This document shows, one piece after another, positions 11,390 to 23,975 of a stretch of 64,000 nt of DNA. The translations under genes were made by a program, and so were the position numbers. The notes under the pieces were generated by a model. That model made no database searches, was not told where the DNA came from, and saw nothing but the letters and a program-made list of their open reading frames with translations. Source of the DNA: Octopus vulgaris (lineage: Eukaryota); NCBI GenBank assembly GCA_951406725.2, contig OX597828.1:66278001-66342000 (forward strand). The letters run 5' to 3'. The first letter of the stretch is position 1, and every line of letters begins with the position of its first letter.

Positions 11390-11668
11390 GCTGTTTGATC
11401 ACGTGACCTACCCACATCCGGTGAAGGGGGTTCGGAGACTTCCTCAGAAATATCCTCCCCCCTATTTATTTATTTATTTATTTATTTATCTGTATTTACT
11501 GTACTTTAATATACGTAAACACGTGTTTATGCTTTTATTTATTTACGCAGCGACGATTCCAAAATATTGCCGTTAATTATCTGTTAAATATCAGTTTTAT
11601 TACTATTACCTAAATTTTAGGAATTTTTCAATGTTCAAGTATCTGTAATAACGATTGTTGAAGTCAGG

Positions 11669-11862
11669 GTACTTGGGCGATCCTTCGGTATAGGTATCGT
11701 GAGTACCGGAAGTGGCTTTGTTTACATTTCTGAACATAACAGAAACCCTTTTCTCCCACCCCTAACCTTAACCCTAACCCCCCCCCCACCATATATATAA
11801 AAAAAACAACACTTTCTTGAAATGTATCCGGTACTTCCGGTACCTATACCGAAGTTACGCCA
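11669..11862. mobile_element. MITE (GGCGATCCTTCGGTATAGGT TIR)
   Basis: Imperfect inverse ACCTATACCGAAGTTACGCC at about 11842-11861. Interior shares the CCCTAACC motif with the Merlin-like MITE. Confidence 0.55.
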
Positions 11863-11959
11863 CGGTGATCTCCTAATGTACCACAAAACACATTTTTTGT
11901 TCGGAAAAGGGGTAGGGTGGGGTAGAACTATCAGAAATCCCCCCCCCCGCCATTTTCAT

Positions 11960-13700
11960 GGGGAAAATTTTTTTGGCTAATGTTTACAATATTATTCGGA
12001 AACGAAAAAAAAATAGTACGACGGTTGTAAATAAAATGTGTATGAAACGAATATGAAAACAGAAACGCGCGTACAAAGCAATAGAGGTTGGGGTGGGGAG
12101 AGGACTTTCGGAAAATTCCCAAGATCCGAGTTTTTCCTTCATATCTTTTAGGAAAATAGGTTTTTTTTTTAATGAAATTTTGTATAAATACCTTTCATAT
12201 GGTATAGGTTACGATTATAAAGAAATTTGTGGGTAAAATCTTTTCCGAGGGAGTTTAATAATAATAATGAAATTATTGTATACAGTGCTCAGGTGCACCA
12301 CAACTTGTCAGAAAGTGCGTATAGAGTATATGCAGTAATGTACAAATGTCTGGAAAGCAAACAATGTATGAGTCAGATACATGCTTGTGTGTGTATGGAG
12401 GGGAGAAAGTCAGGTGTAGTGTTGGCGAATCTCAGGAAGCATGGAAGTTTTGAAGGATGCAGTGCTCCGACAACTAACAACTGATGCCGGCAGTTTGTTC
12501 CATGCTTCAGCAACTCTCAGCGTGAAAAAAATGTTTCCTAAAGTCATGGGAGCTGTGCTGTTTTCTGACTTTGTAAACATGTCCACGGGTGTTAGATGGG
12601 TGGAGTTTGAAAAGGTGCTCAGAGTTAATGTTTGTACGATGGTTGATAATTTTATGTGTGTCTGCCAAGTCAGCTTCCAGACGTCAGAGTTTCAATGTGT
12701 CCATGCCCAGGGAAGTAAGGCGTTCAGAATATGGCGAATGCCTGATGGAGGGTATTCTTTTGGTTGCACGTCGCTGGACGGCTTCCAGACGACTGATATC
12801 CTGGGCAAGATAGGGGTTCCAGACCGGTGATGCAAATTCCAGGTGAGGTCTTACCATAGCTATATAAAGCCGCAGATAGATAGTCGGAGAGCGGCTCACA
12901 AAGGATTTGGTGAGTAATGCCAAGACACCCTCAGCCTTCTTGACAATTTTAGCGATATGTTTTGTCAAACGCAAATCACTGTCGACAACAACACCCAGGT
13001 CACGTTCACATGGAAGACTTTTTGAGATTAGTGTTGTGGAGGGAGCAGATGGACGCTGGGTTTCTCCTCCCAAAATGCATGGTGGTACATTTGTCCACAG
13101 CCAGCTTGAGTTGCCAGTCCATGATCCACTGCTGCATTGTGTCCAGGTCTGCTTGCAATAGAGATCTATAGTGTACAGGATCTGACCTCTTTATTTCAAG
13201 GTACAGCTTGATGTCATCTGCATATTTCAGCACTGTGGCATTCTTTAAGTTGGCATCTATGTCATTAACATATGCAACAAATAAGAGGGGGCCAGGAACA
13301 GATCCCTGTGGTACACCAGATGTCATCTCATAAGGTGAAGAGTTCTGTGACAACCTCTTTTCGGCCGAAAATAAAGGACTTCAACCAGTTATAGAGTTCG
13401 TCTCGTCTAGAGTTGGGAGAGGACTTTCGAAAGATTCAGAAGGTCTGAATTTTTCGCCCATAACTTTGAGGAAAATGGATATCTTTTTAACAAAATTTTA
13501 TATAAATATCTTTCAAATGGCATACATTACAGTTATAACGAAATTTGTAGGAGAAATCCTTTCTGATCTTGTGAATTTTCCGAAAGTCCTCTCCCCACCC
13601 CGTTGCTTTGCGCGCATTTTTATTTTCATATTCGTTTCATACACATTTTTTTTTTTGTTTTCGCTTCTAGGTAATATTGTTATCATTAACCAATTTTTTT
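11960..13700. mobile_element. Long-TIR non-autonomous DNA element split by a CR1 insertion
   Basis: About 11965-12130 is the inverse of about 13565-13700 (GGGGAGAGGACTTTCGGAAAATT / AATTTTCCGAAAGTCCTCTCCCC). Confidence 0.65.
12256..13405 (-). mobile_element. 5'-truncated CR1-clade LINE (RT C-terminal part, frameshifted)
   Basis: SGVPQGSVPGPLLF, KYADDIKLY, ERDLGVVVD and VRPHLEFASPVWNP..LEAVQRRATK motifs. (ATT)n tail. Confidence 0.93.
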
Positions 13701-14988
13701 TGCTGTTTCTTAATATATGTCACAAAACACTTTAGTAAATTTTTATAAGTACACCCATCAAAATTTACTGAATAGTCTAAATGCTGATTGAACAGGATGG
13801 AGTAAAATTAGTGTCCCATCTTCCCAAAAGTTGTTTTGGACCAAAGGTAGAAATAGTAATTTTTCATTGTCAATTATTAAAACAAAATCAAGAAGATAAT
13901 GATAATCTTCTTTTCTTTCATCATCATCACCATCGTTTAACGTCTGCTTTCCATGCTAGTATGGGTTGGACGAATGACTGAGGGCTGGCAAACCAGATGG
14001 CTGCACCAGGCTTCAATCTTGATCTGGCAGAGTTTCTACAGCTGGATGCCCTTCTTAACGCCAACAATTATTATATTATAATAAAATATATAAAATATAT
14101 TATATTTTATACAAACAATAAGATCATCATCTTAATCTTTATTTCGTCCACAAACCCCACAGTCGGTTTTAATTCTTGTTTCTATAGTATGTATAGATGA
14201 TAAATTGGTGGAATTCTGGTTTAAGCACCCTGTATAACCCCTTATAACTTTTTTCATTTTTTGGAATTTTCAGAAAATTTTTGCAAATTTGTGTTCTACA
14301 CCCAGGAATTGAAGGGCATCCAGCTGTAGAAACACTGCCAGATCAGACTGGAGCCTGGTGCAGCCTCCTGCTTTCCAGACCCTGGTTGAACCGCTAACCC
14401 ATGCTAGCATGGAAAGCGGACGTTAAACGATGATGATGATGATATTGTACTTACGGTTTGCTGATGTAGATCATTGATGGTTTCTTTGGATTCTGGTGTG
14501 TTACTTAGATTGTCTTAAGCAAAGAAAACATGTACCTTCTTCACTAATTTGGCATTCATCAAAATATAATGGTCATACTTTCCCTAAGCATTTTACTTGG
14601 TCTTCTGAAATGAAAAATTCTGAAAAATACTTTTAACGAGACAACAGTAATCAAAGGAATTCTTTAATGAAATTACTTCAGGAAAATCCATGTACAGATT
14701 TAATACACAGTTTAAGTTCATCTGAGCTCAGTTCTTAATTCTTTACTGTTTATTTATAGGTCCTCCAAGCCATAACAGAGAAGTTTAAGACTGGCTGTCT
14801 ATGAGACCTTGTATGCTGATCAACTTGTTCTGATAGTCAAATCAGTAAAATAACTAAATGGAAAGCTCAAAACCAGAAAGTAGTGCCTAGAATCGTGAGG
14901 TCTAAAAGTAAATCAAGTGAAGACAAAAATCTAAGAAAGAAAAACACAGAACTCTTCTGCCATGTATGAAGTGGTCATGTTTGGAATG

Positions 14989-15207
14989 TAGTTGTCGGAG
15001 CACTGCATCCTTCAAAACTTCCATGCTTCCTGAGATTTGCCAACACTACACCTGATTTTCTCCCCTCCATACACCCGCAAGCATGTATCTGACTCATACA
15101 CTGTTTGCTTTCCAGACATTTGTACATTACTGCATATACTTTATACACACTTTTGACAAGTTGTGGTGCACCTGAGCACTGTATACAATAATTTCATTAT
15201 TATTATT
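14989..15207 (+). mobile_element. CR1 3'UTR fragment
   Basis: Reverse complement of 12256-12475, ending ATTATTATT. Confidence 0.88.
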
Positions 15208-16355
15208 TTTTATATAGAAATGGAATTGGTAGAAACTTCCTATGTAAGAAATGTACAAGAGACGGATGGCTGTAAGAACAGCTTTAAATGAATTTCTACA
15301 AATGCCTTGAAGGCTCCGTAGAAATAGGTTACTGATCCTATTAACAAGGTGACTTTATCACCAATATTCTGAAAGCATAGTAGCAGAACAGAGCAGAAGA
15401 TGTTTAGGGTGCTATTACATTGGCTGCCAATATAGACTCCTCTCTCTGAATGAAGAGCAGAATGTATGATGCTTGAATTCTTTTATGTGTCACTAGTACT
15501 GTCCACAACTATAATTTCCCTAAGCTTGACATGTCTTCTCAAGCACAACAAATCGCCAACAGTCTTGATCACTTGTCGAGACTCAACATACAAAGTTCAA
15601 GTAGCTTCTGTTTCTGGACGGGACACAGGGCCATCAGAAGTTAAGTCGAAAAGTAAAACTGATGCACATTACTGTATCTGTATTAGAAAATATAAAACTG
15701 ATGAACCAATATGTAAAATTAATTTAGCCACTGTGATTTATAAACATGTGATACCATCAAAGTAAATGGAATGCTGGATTTGTTTGTTAAATTTGAAAGG
15801 AATCAATAATTGTTGTTTTTTTTAGTGGATTTTACAAAAAAAAATGTCCAACACATACTATTCGAATGGAGAAATGGACATTAATAAATTAATAAAAAGG
15901 AATGAATAACTTTCTCATTTCTAAATAACAATCACTATAGTTAAATGAGATGAACAACAGTCTGCATGGGCACCAAATACTTATTGTAAAAGGGCAAAAA
16001 TTGTAGACAAATGGTACGAGGAGAAGAAATATATGAGTAGAAATCTTTCCTTGAAAGAATACCCGAAAAATACCACCGAACAGGAAAGAAACGAAAATGA
16101 TTTCTTCTAGAGAGAAATTCTAATTAAAACAACCTAGAAATTTAGGGTGACTGCCGAGTTATCTCCCATGTATAATGAAGAAACGTTTTTTTTTAGACAA
16201 TAAGAAAATAGAGCAATTATGGGGTTATGTAAAAAAAATAGTGATAAATAGGTTGATTATATGCAAATGTGCTGTTGAGCAATTTCTTTTAATGTTTATT
16301 CTGTATTCGTAATTATATAAGGTAAATAAATCTTGGATCAGTAAGTAGTAAGACA

Positions 16356-16725
16356 GGATCTTTTCGCTTTGACCGGCAGATTTTTAAAATAATTTTTTTG
16401 TAACTAAACACTTTTAAACTTCGTATACTGGTAGAATGTGTTTATAAAACATCTTTTTCTCTTGACTTTCTTGAGAAAATTCTGTAGTTTGTAAGATATT
16501 TGGTCTGCTGTTGACAGACTTCGGCAGATATTATTTTCACCTCAGTAGACGTCATTGGTTGGTTGAAATTGCAGAAATTGAAGAAAATATCTTACAAACT
16601 ACAGGATTTTCTCATTAAAGCCAAGAGAAAAAGATGTTTTATAAACACATTCTACCAGTATACAAAGTTTAAAAGTGTTACGTGGAAATTATTTCAAAAA
16701 TCTGCCGGTGAAACCGAAAAGATCC
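16356..16725. mobile_element. Merlin-like MITE with 8-bp TSD
   Basis: GGATC...GATCC termini. TSD GTAAGACA at 16348-16355 and 16726-16733. Confidence 0.9.
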
Positions 16726-18059
16726 GTAAGACATGACAAGAAAAATAACAAATTGGAAATTTGGCCAAAATAAAATCATGATTTCTTAAACTTCCATTGT
16801 AATATCAGATGGGTTGAACGCTGCCATACACTTTCAAAGACAGCTTTATAATTGTTTAATCCCTTATAAATCAGACGAAAGAGGAAAAGATTAATAAAAA
16901 TGTTTACGCCAAAAGAATTTAGAAATTGTCAGAGACGTAAATAATTCGTTTTTAACTGTCTGTTTCATTGGAACATATCGCAACATATCAATTCTCGCCT
17001 TCTTTCCCCTTGAACCTTAGATCAGCACCTTGTCATCTCCTTCGCTAACCCCTGGCTGACTCTTTGAATTTGCAGGTAACTGAGTTTATTCATAGCAAGT
17101 CAAGGGGATGCTGTTAGTCTTCAGTCGGGTGATCTTTCTCGTTGAGCATATGTAATAACCAGTTCCAGATTCATTTCAAAGAAGTAACACAAAATTTTTT
17201 GATAAAAAGTGAAGAGATCACTATAACAGACGAAAGTGATCGCTATAACAGACGATAGAGATCGCCATAACAGATGGTAGTGATGATGAAGCTGACATAA
17301 GCCAAGACATACTTTGTCAAACAGATTTGGCTCACGAAAATGCTTGTTTCACCCCGCTAAAACCTGAATTTAACAAAGTTTTAAATAACGTAAGAAAAAT
17401 TTCAAAACTTTTTTCGTAAATCTCCTACAAAAAATGAAATTTTGCAAGATTTTGTACGAGCGACCTTTGATAACAGAGAATATAAACTTATACTGGATTG
17501 CAATTCCATATGATTGAGAGATTTTTTAAAACTGAAAAGCTGCATTCCAAATGCTCTACGAGCAGAACTTTCCACAGATGCCGTCGTTGATGAAGAATTG
17601 AAATCTCTCAATTTACTATATGAAATTCTGCATTCAGTAGAAATTATTTTGAAGGCTATTTGCGCTGATGATATGGGTTTACTGAAATTTTTATTGAATA
17701 AACTTAATATCGTCGGCAACCCTTTGGCTCTAAATCTTCGTGAAAGACTTATGCATAGATATAATAAGAGAAGAAATGTCGAAATCTTGGCTCTCTTGAG
17801 GTATTTACATAACCCAAGGAAATTTAAAGGTGAGTCAATTTTTTAACGAAACAACATTTAAGGAAGTATGCTGAATAAACATATAGGAGATTATTTCCTG
17901 AACATGACGCAGAGAACACAACAGAATTATACAAAGAAAATGAAATAGGAGGGAACCTAAAAACAAGTGTTGCTGTTGTCCCATCTACTTATGAAGGTAA
18001 TGGACTAATTCGTGAATACACAAGCGCAATGAAAGAAATGAATGAAGAGCCCAAGATGG

Positions 18060-18230
18060 GGATCTTTTCGGTTTTGAAGCCAGGAGAACAGATCTTTCTA
18101 CTTAACTAAATAATTTGAAACTTCGTGTGCTAATACAGTGTCTCAAAACAAGACACAAGTTAGAACTAGTTTATTTGAGAAAATTCTATTTTATGACTTT
18201 AATCGTAGATTTTCAAAACCGAAAAGATCC
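18060..18230. mobile_element. Short Merlin-like MITE with 8-bp TSD
   Basis: GGATCTTTTCGGTTTTGAA TIRs. TSD CAAGATGG at 18052-18059 and 18231-18238. Confidence 0.9.
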
Positions 18231-18269
18231 CAAGATGGTAACAGATGGATTTGAAATCTCTAAAGAATT

Positions 18270-18634
18270 CGGGTACCATTTAAGAAGAGTGATCCCGGTG
18301 CGCGCACTCGCGTATTTGCGGTAGCTAGTCGTGACTAGTCGATCCTATAACGACTACCTAGCAAAGTAAATAAAACACAAAATGAATAATTTTTTTAGGA
18401 TCTTTTTGGTTTGACATTCTACCAGTTTACGAAGTTTAAAATTTTTTAATTACCTAGAAATTATGTTAAAAACTGCCGTTCAAACCGAAAAGATCCTTTT
18501 TTTTACACAAAGTAAATAATTTTTTTAAAACAAAGTAAATAAAACACAAAAACACAAAGGATCGACTAGTCACGACTAGCTAGCGCGGATGCGCGAGTGC
18601 GCGCACCGGGACCACTCTTCTTAAGTAGTACCCG
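18270..18634. mobile_element. MITE with ~75-bp GC-rich TIRs, containing a 99-bp Merlin-like MITE (18398-18496)
   Basis: CGGGTAC..AAGAAGAGTG..CCCGGTGCGCGCACTCGCG..TAGCTAGTCGTGACTAGTCGATCCT and its inverse. Confidence 0.85.
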
Positions 18635-19255
18635 CAAAAACCGGTTTTGAGAATTACTTATACTTGAACTCGGTTTTGGGAATTATCGTTTTTTTGCGAG
18701 CCCTAGTGTAGACACACCAAGAACTTCCAGTTGGTATTTGTTATTAAGCGAAGTTGAGAATGAAACATTTTGATATAAATGTATTTACCAAGAGTAATTA
18801 GTAGCTTAGATTAAGTGAGAGGATTTGAATGGAGCATTAAAAATTCACTTACAGATCTTGCTCACCACCATCATATCTTTATTTCGGTCAACTGAAAAGG
18901 CAGAAGAAATGGGAATCTTATGTGAATATCATTTTGTAATAATTGCTTAAATTTTAAAACAACTTCAGAAAATATAAATTCTTTTATGAAACCTTAAATT
19001 CTTTGAAATCATCAACGAATTTCAGCAACAAGTTATAAAATCGAAAGAATCGTTTGTACACCGGACGAAATGTTTAGAGGCATCTCGTCCGTCTTTACGT
19101 TCTGAGTTCAAATTTCGTCGATGGCGAGTTTACCTTTCCTCCTTTCGGAGTCGATAAAATAAATACCAGTTGACTACTGGTGTCGATTTAATCGACTTAC
19201 TCCTCCCATGAAATGGCTGGCCTTATGCCAAAATTAAAAAAGGATTATAATTATA

Positions 19256-20200
19256 TATTTCTTTATTGCCCACAAAGGGCTAAACATAGAGGGGACAAAC
19301 AAGGACAGAAAAAGAGATTCAATCGATTACATCGACACCAGTGCGTAACTGGTACTTAATTTATCGACTCCTAAAGGATGAAGGGCAAAGTCGACCTCGG
19401 CAGAATTTGAACTCAGAACGTAGCAGCAGACGAAATACCTAGTTCTTTATTACCCACAAGGGGCTAAACACAGAGAGGACAAACAAACGGATTAAGTCGA
19501 TTACATCGACCCCCGTGCGTAACTGGTACTTATTTAATCGACCCCGAAAGGATGAAAGGCAAAGTCGACCTCGGCAGAATTTGAACTCAGAACGTAACGA
19601 CAGACGAAATACCCATTTCTTTACTACCCACAAGGGGCTAAACACAGAGGGGACAAACAAATGGATTAAGTTGATTGCATCGACCCCAGTGCGTAACTGG
19701 TACTTAATTATTGACCCCGAAAGGATGAAAGGCAAAGTCGACCTCGGCGGAATTTGAACCCAGAACGTAACGGCAGACGAAATACCCATTTCTTTACTAT
19801 CCACAAGGGGCTAAACACAGAGGGGACAAACAAGGACAGACAAATGGATTAAGTTGATTACATCGACCCCAGTGCGTAACTGGTACTTAATTATTGACCC
19901 CGAAAGGATGAAAGGCAAAGTCGACCTCGGCGGAATTTGAACCCAGAACGTAATGGCAGACGAAATACCCATTTCTTTACTACCCACAAGGGGCTAAACA
20001 CAGAAGGGACAAACAAGGACAGACAAAGGGATTAAGTTGATTACACCGACCCCAGTGCGTAACTGGTACTTAATTATTGACCCCGAAAGGATGAAAGGCA
20101 AAGTCGACCTCGGCGGAATGTGAACTCAGAACGTAACGGCAGACGAAATACCGCTAAGCATTTCGCCTGGCGCGCTAACGTGTCTGCCAGCTCGCCGCCT
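19256..20200 (-). repeat. Tandem pentamer of SINE family 1 (one head, five bodies)
   Basis: Units of about 173-183 bp with junctions at 19438/9, 19612/3, 19785/6 and 19968/9. Confidence 0.92.
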
Positions 20201-20251
20201 CATATTATCATTATGCAAAGTTTTCCTTCGGTAGTTTTATGTGAATTTTTG

Positions 20252-20648
20252 GGGGTACTTTTTGGTTATCTCACCCCATTAAAAAAATTGGGCTACCTCC
20301 CCACTAAAAAATTGAGTTTATGTGGTGACAAGAGATTGGATTAAAAAGGGTTAGATCCTTTTGATTCAGTGCTTAAACACATTGTTGACATTTGGCCTCC
20401 TCAATAGGCATGGTAGGATTTGTTTCGAAAATGTTAATTATATTCAATAAGATAATTAATTTTTTCAGTTTTCTTGTTTATTAATTTTTTCAGTTTTCAT
20501 GTTTATTGATTTTTCATTTTTTTTGTTTTATTGAAGGATAAACAATTTTTTTAGGTGAGGGAGATAACCAAAAGTTCCGATATTTTTCTTAAAACGGAGG
20601 GAGTTGATCCAATTTTTTAATGGGGGTGAGATAACCAAAGAGTACCCC
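20252..20648. mobile_element. MITE with ~40-bp TIRs
   Basis: GGGGTACTTTTTGGTTATCTCACCCCATTAAAAAAATTGG / CCAATTTTTTAATGGGGGTGAGATAACCAAAGAGTACCCC. Confidence 0.8.
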
Positions 20649-22435
20649 TTTTTGTTGACACTGTCTCACACTAATTTCCATGTATTGCGTATATTAATTA
20701 ATCATTTAAAGTAGTAAGTGTATCCGAGTTGTTTCCCTTGCACCATGCTTATTAAAACAAGCGCTTTATATGTCTTAACCTAATTTATTTGCTCCAGTTC
20801 TTATGAAGTTGCAAACGAGAAAACGTCTACGTGGTCGATCGATCTATTAAAAATAACAGCTAAATTTCCATCACATCATACTTACTGTCATAAACAGGGA
20901 AAGCACTTTCCATAATGATATGGTATTTGATAAATAAAAAGATTAAGATGTCTTTGCTCTATAGTTCTGATCTGCTGCTAAACAACAGCAGCATCAGCAG
21001 GAGACGCAATAGCCCAGTAGTTAGGGCAGCGGACTCGCGGTCAGAGGATCGCGGTTTCGATTCCCAGACCGAGCATTGTGTGTGTTTTTTGAGCGAAAAC
21101 ACCTAAAGCGCCAGGGGGTGGTGGCGACCCCTCTTGTACACTTACACCCCAACTTTCTCTCACTCTTTCTTCCTGTTTCTTGTCCCCGACTTCCTACGCA
21201 ACTGCTGAGCCTGGATGTGCATTCATCCATCCGCCGATGCTCTCGGTGTCGGGGGTTGACCTGCTTTCTCTTCTGCGGGTCTTACGAATAGCAAAGGACC
21301 ACGTTTCGGACTTCTCCCATCTTGCGAGCTCTGGGACGAAGACCGCTTCGCTCAACACCAACAGCAGCTACAACATCAATAACAACCAGCAAGTCGCCCA
21401 ATTTCGGGATGATGTCAGGCAGGAAATATATCTAGTTTTTTCCTTATCTTCAATATATTTTGATTCTGATATTTCTAATAATCCTTCTGCTATACAGCTC
21501 AATTTGTGATTTACTTCAGACATACATTACACATCCTTCCCTTATAATTAAGAGACAGAAAGACTGCAGGGTGGCAGGAGCAGCAGAGTCCAGGAATAAA
21601 TTAATTTTAATATTTTAATTTTATCCCTCTACAGTCTAAGTTCAGTTTTGTTTTTCGCATTCTTAGGATTGATAAAATTATAATTTCTAACATAGATATC
21701 ATCATCGTCATCGTTTAATGCTAGCATGGGTTGGACGATTTTGATTGAAGGCTGGCGAACCAGATGGCTGCACCAGGCTTCAATCTTGATCTGGCAGAAT
21801 TTCTGCAGCTGGATGCCCTTCCTAACACCAACCACTCCGAGAGTGAAGTGAGTGCTTTTACGTGCCACCGGCACGGGGCCAGTCAGGCGGCACTGGCAAC
21901 AACCTCGCTCGAATCTTTTGCACATGCCACCAGCACCGGTCCTAGTAAGGCAATGCTGGTAACAATCACGCTCGAATGGTGTCTTTTACGTGCTACCGGC
22001 ACAGAGGCCAGATAGCCGCTCTGGCAACGATCACTCTTGGATGGTGCTCTTAATACCTCACTAGCATGGGGCTCGATTGCCAGTTGAGAGGGAATAGTAC
22101 TTAACTGATACTTTAATTTATTTACAGATTATTTTATTTTATTTACAGATTCATATAAACAACATACAGAGGTTATAAGTTTTCGAGTTTTCAGCAAATT
22201 GAGGTTGATTTCAATGTAGGTTTGATTCCCAGTCAAGCTAGATCATTTCACTTACCTATTTCTTTATTGCCCACAAGGGGCTAAACATAGAGGGGACAAA
22301 CAAGAACAGACAAACGGATTAAGTCAATTACATCGACCTCAGTGTGTCACTGGTACTTAATTTATCGACCCTGGAAGGATGAAAGGTAAAGTCGACCTCG
22401 GCGGAATTTGAACTCAGAACGTAGCGACAGATGAA

Positions 22436-22574
22436 CCGTGACTGGCTCGCTATCTCCAGTGAACTGGTGCAGGACTGTCATGCGTGGGCTGCCATGGTTC
22501 GAGATGCCTCGAGGGTGGTAGAAGAAGCTGACTCAACCTGCCCAGGGTGAATGTTGCCACAAGTACAAGTAAGT
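22436..22574 (+). mobile_element. Short LINE 3' end (RTE-like, (CAAGTA)n tail) inserted into a SINE
   Basis: RDWLAISSELVQDCHAWAAMVRDA..STCPG* then CAAGTACAAGTAAGT. TSD ACAGATGAA / ACAGACGAA. Confidence 0.75.
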
Positions 22575-23539
22575 ACAGACGAAATACTAGTAAGCATTTT
22601 GCCCGGCGTACTAACATTTCTGCCAGCTCGCCGCCTTCTTTGGGCAGCAAACTTCTTACCTCAGAACCACACTTGTACCTATTTCTCTTTAAACTAGGAA
22701 ATTTACATCATAGAAAAGGGTAAAATTAATTTAAGGCATTCAGCTAACATTTGCAAATCAGGAGCTTGTAATATAATGGTGTTCTCTGAATTACTTATGC
22801 TTAAGAAGAAATCTTGTAGCTACAAAATGTTTCAATCTTTATATAGGACTCCCTCCCCAAACAAAAAATTATATTCATCATCTGTAAGTATGTGCATTTG
22901 TTTCCATGTGATTATGAAGTGGAAATGTCTAGAATACAGAAATATTTTGGCAGGAAATTTTAAGATTGCTGTGATAATGTGGAGCAGGTGTGGTTATTGC
23001 AACGCCAATACAATACAGATATAAATAAAGGTGTGTGCATATGTATATGTTTACAAATATTTATGTAACCACATACGTGTCTCTAGCAGACAAGTTTGAT
23101 ATGTTTAGTACATACATACGAACATACATACACACATATACATATATACATGCATACACACACATACATATGCACATGCACACACAAACATAGGCATACA
23201 TACATACACACACATAGATACATATGCACACACAGAGGCATGCATGCATAATACATACATACATGCATGCATGTTGGTCCAACCAATGTCAGCATGGTAA
23301 AATATGTTAAATGAATGTCAAACAGATGAATATATGCAGCTAGCAGGGAGGTAGACATGTCTGAATGAACACCACTACATCTCCAAGCACATATCATCTC
23401 TAACAAATTTTAATTTTGTGTTTTTAGTGAATTAGTGATGGCTAATGGTGAATCCATTTCAACAACTGAAGGCTCCATTGGTTCAAATCCTGGCTACACC
23501 CATGTAAAAATGTAATTATATAGTTATTAAAGCTTAGAA

Positions 23540-23975
23540 GGAATTACAACTGTGCTTCGTGGTCTGCTACCACAACAGCTCCTTTATAGGATCCAGTTAG
23601 CTCAAGACATCATCAGGAGGAACCACGTCCGGTTTCGGCCCCTACTCCTCTACTGTTTTGACGTGGCGGGGCCCCCACTTTCGGAGGTGCCTTCAGCTCT
23701 GGTGTTGGGTGCATGTCTTCTTTCTTCTGTTCCCTGGCTTCTTCGATATATCGTCGGCGAGTGTCAGCCGGTGACTGGCTGACTTGTAAAATATTTCCCT
23801 TTAAATACTTGCCACTAGGCTCCAGCAGGCAGCCCCAGCAAGTTGTCACATGACACTGTCTCACCTTAACTGACTAGTGAAGGCGCGTAGTCTTAGCCCA
23901 TGCATTCTCTAACCGACCGTCACCTGTCAGTCAGCGAAGCTGATTCAGTGTCAGCTTGTCTCACCTAGTGATGTT
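23540..23975 (-). repeat. Unclassified GC-rich interspersed repeat (second copy 52025-52290, opposite strand)
   Basis: About 260 bp shared between the two copies. Confidence 0.8.

Larger units (their letters stand above)
17170..18705 (+). mobile_element. Decayed hAT transposon carrying nested MITEs
   Basis: VRKISKLFRKSPTKNEILQ..KLILDC hAT-like segment followed by ORF 17514-17846. Right terminus ...GCGAGCCCTA is a TAGGG-type TIR. Left end not found. Confidence 0.75.

Noticed and set aside
11759-11782. Telomere-like CCCTAA repeats (also at 6326 and 6636)
   Set aside because: Only 2-3 units, internal to MITE sequence.
19256-20200. CRISPR-like periodicity
   Set aside because: Units are whole SINE bodies without unique spacers; eukaryotic context and no cas genes.
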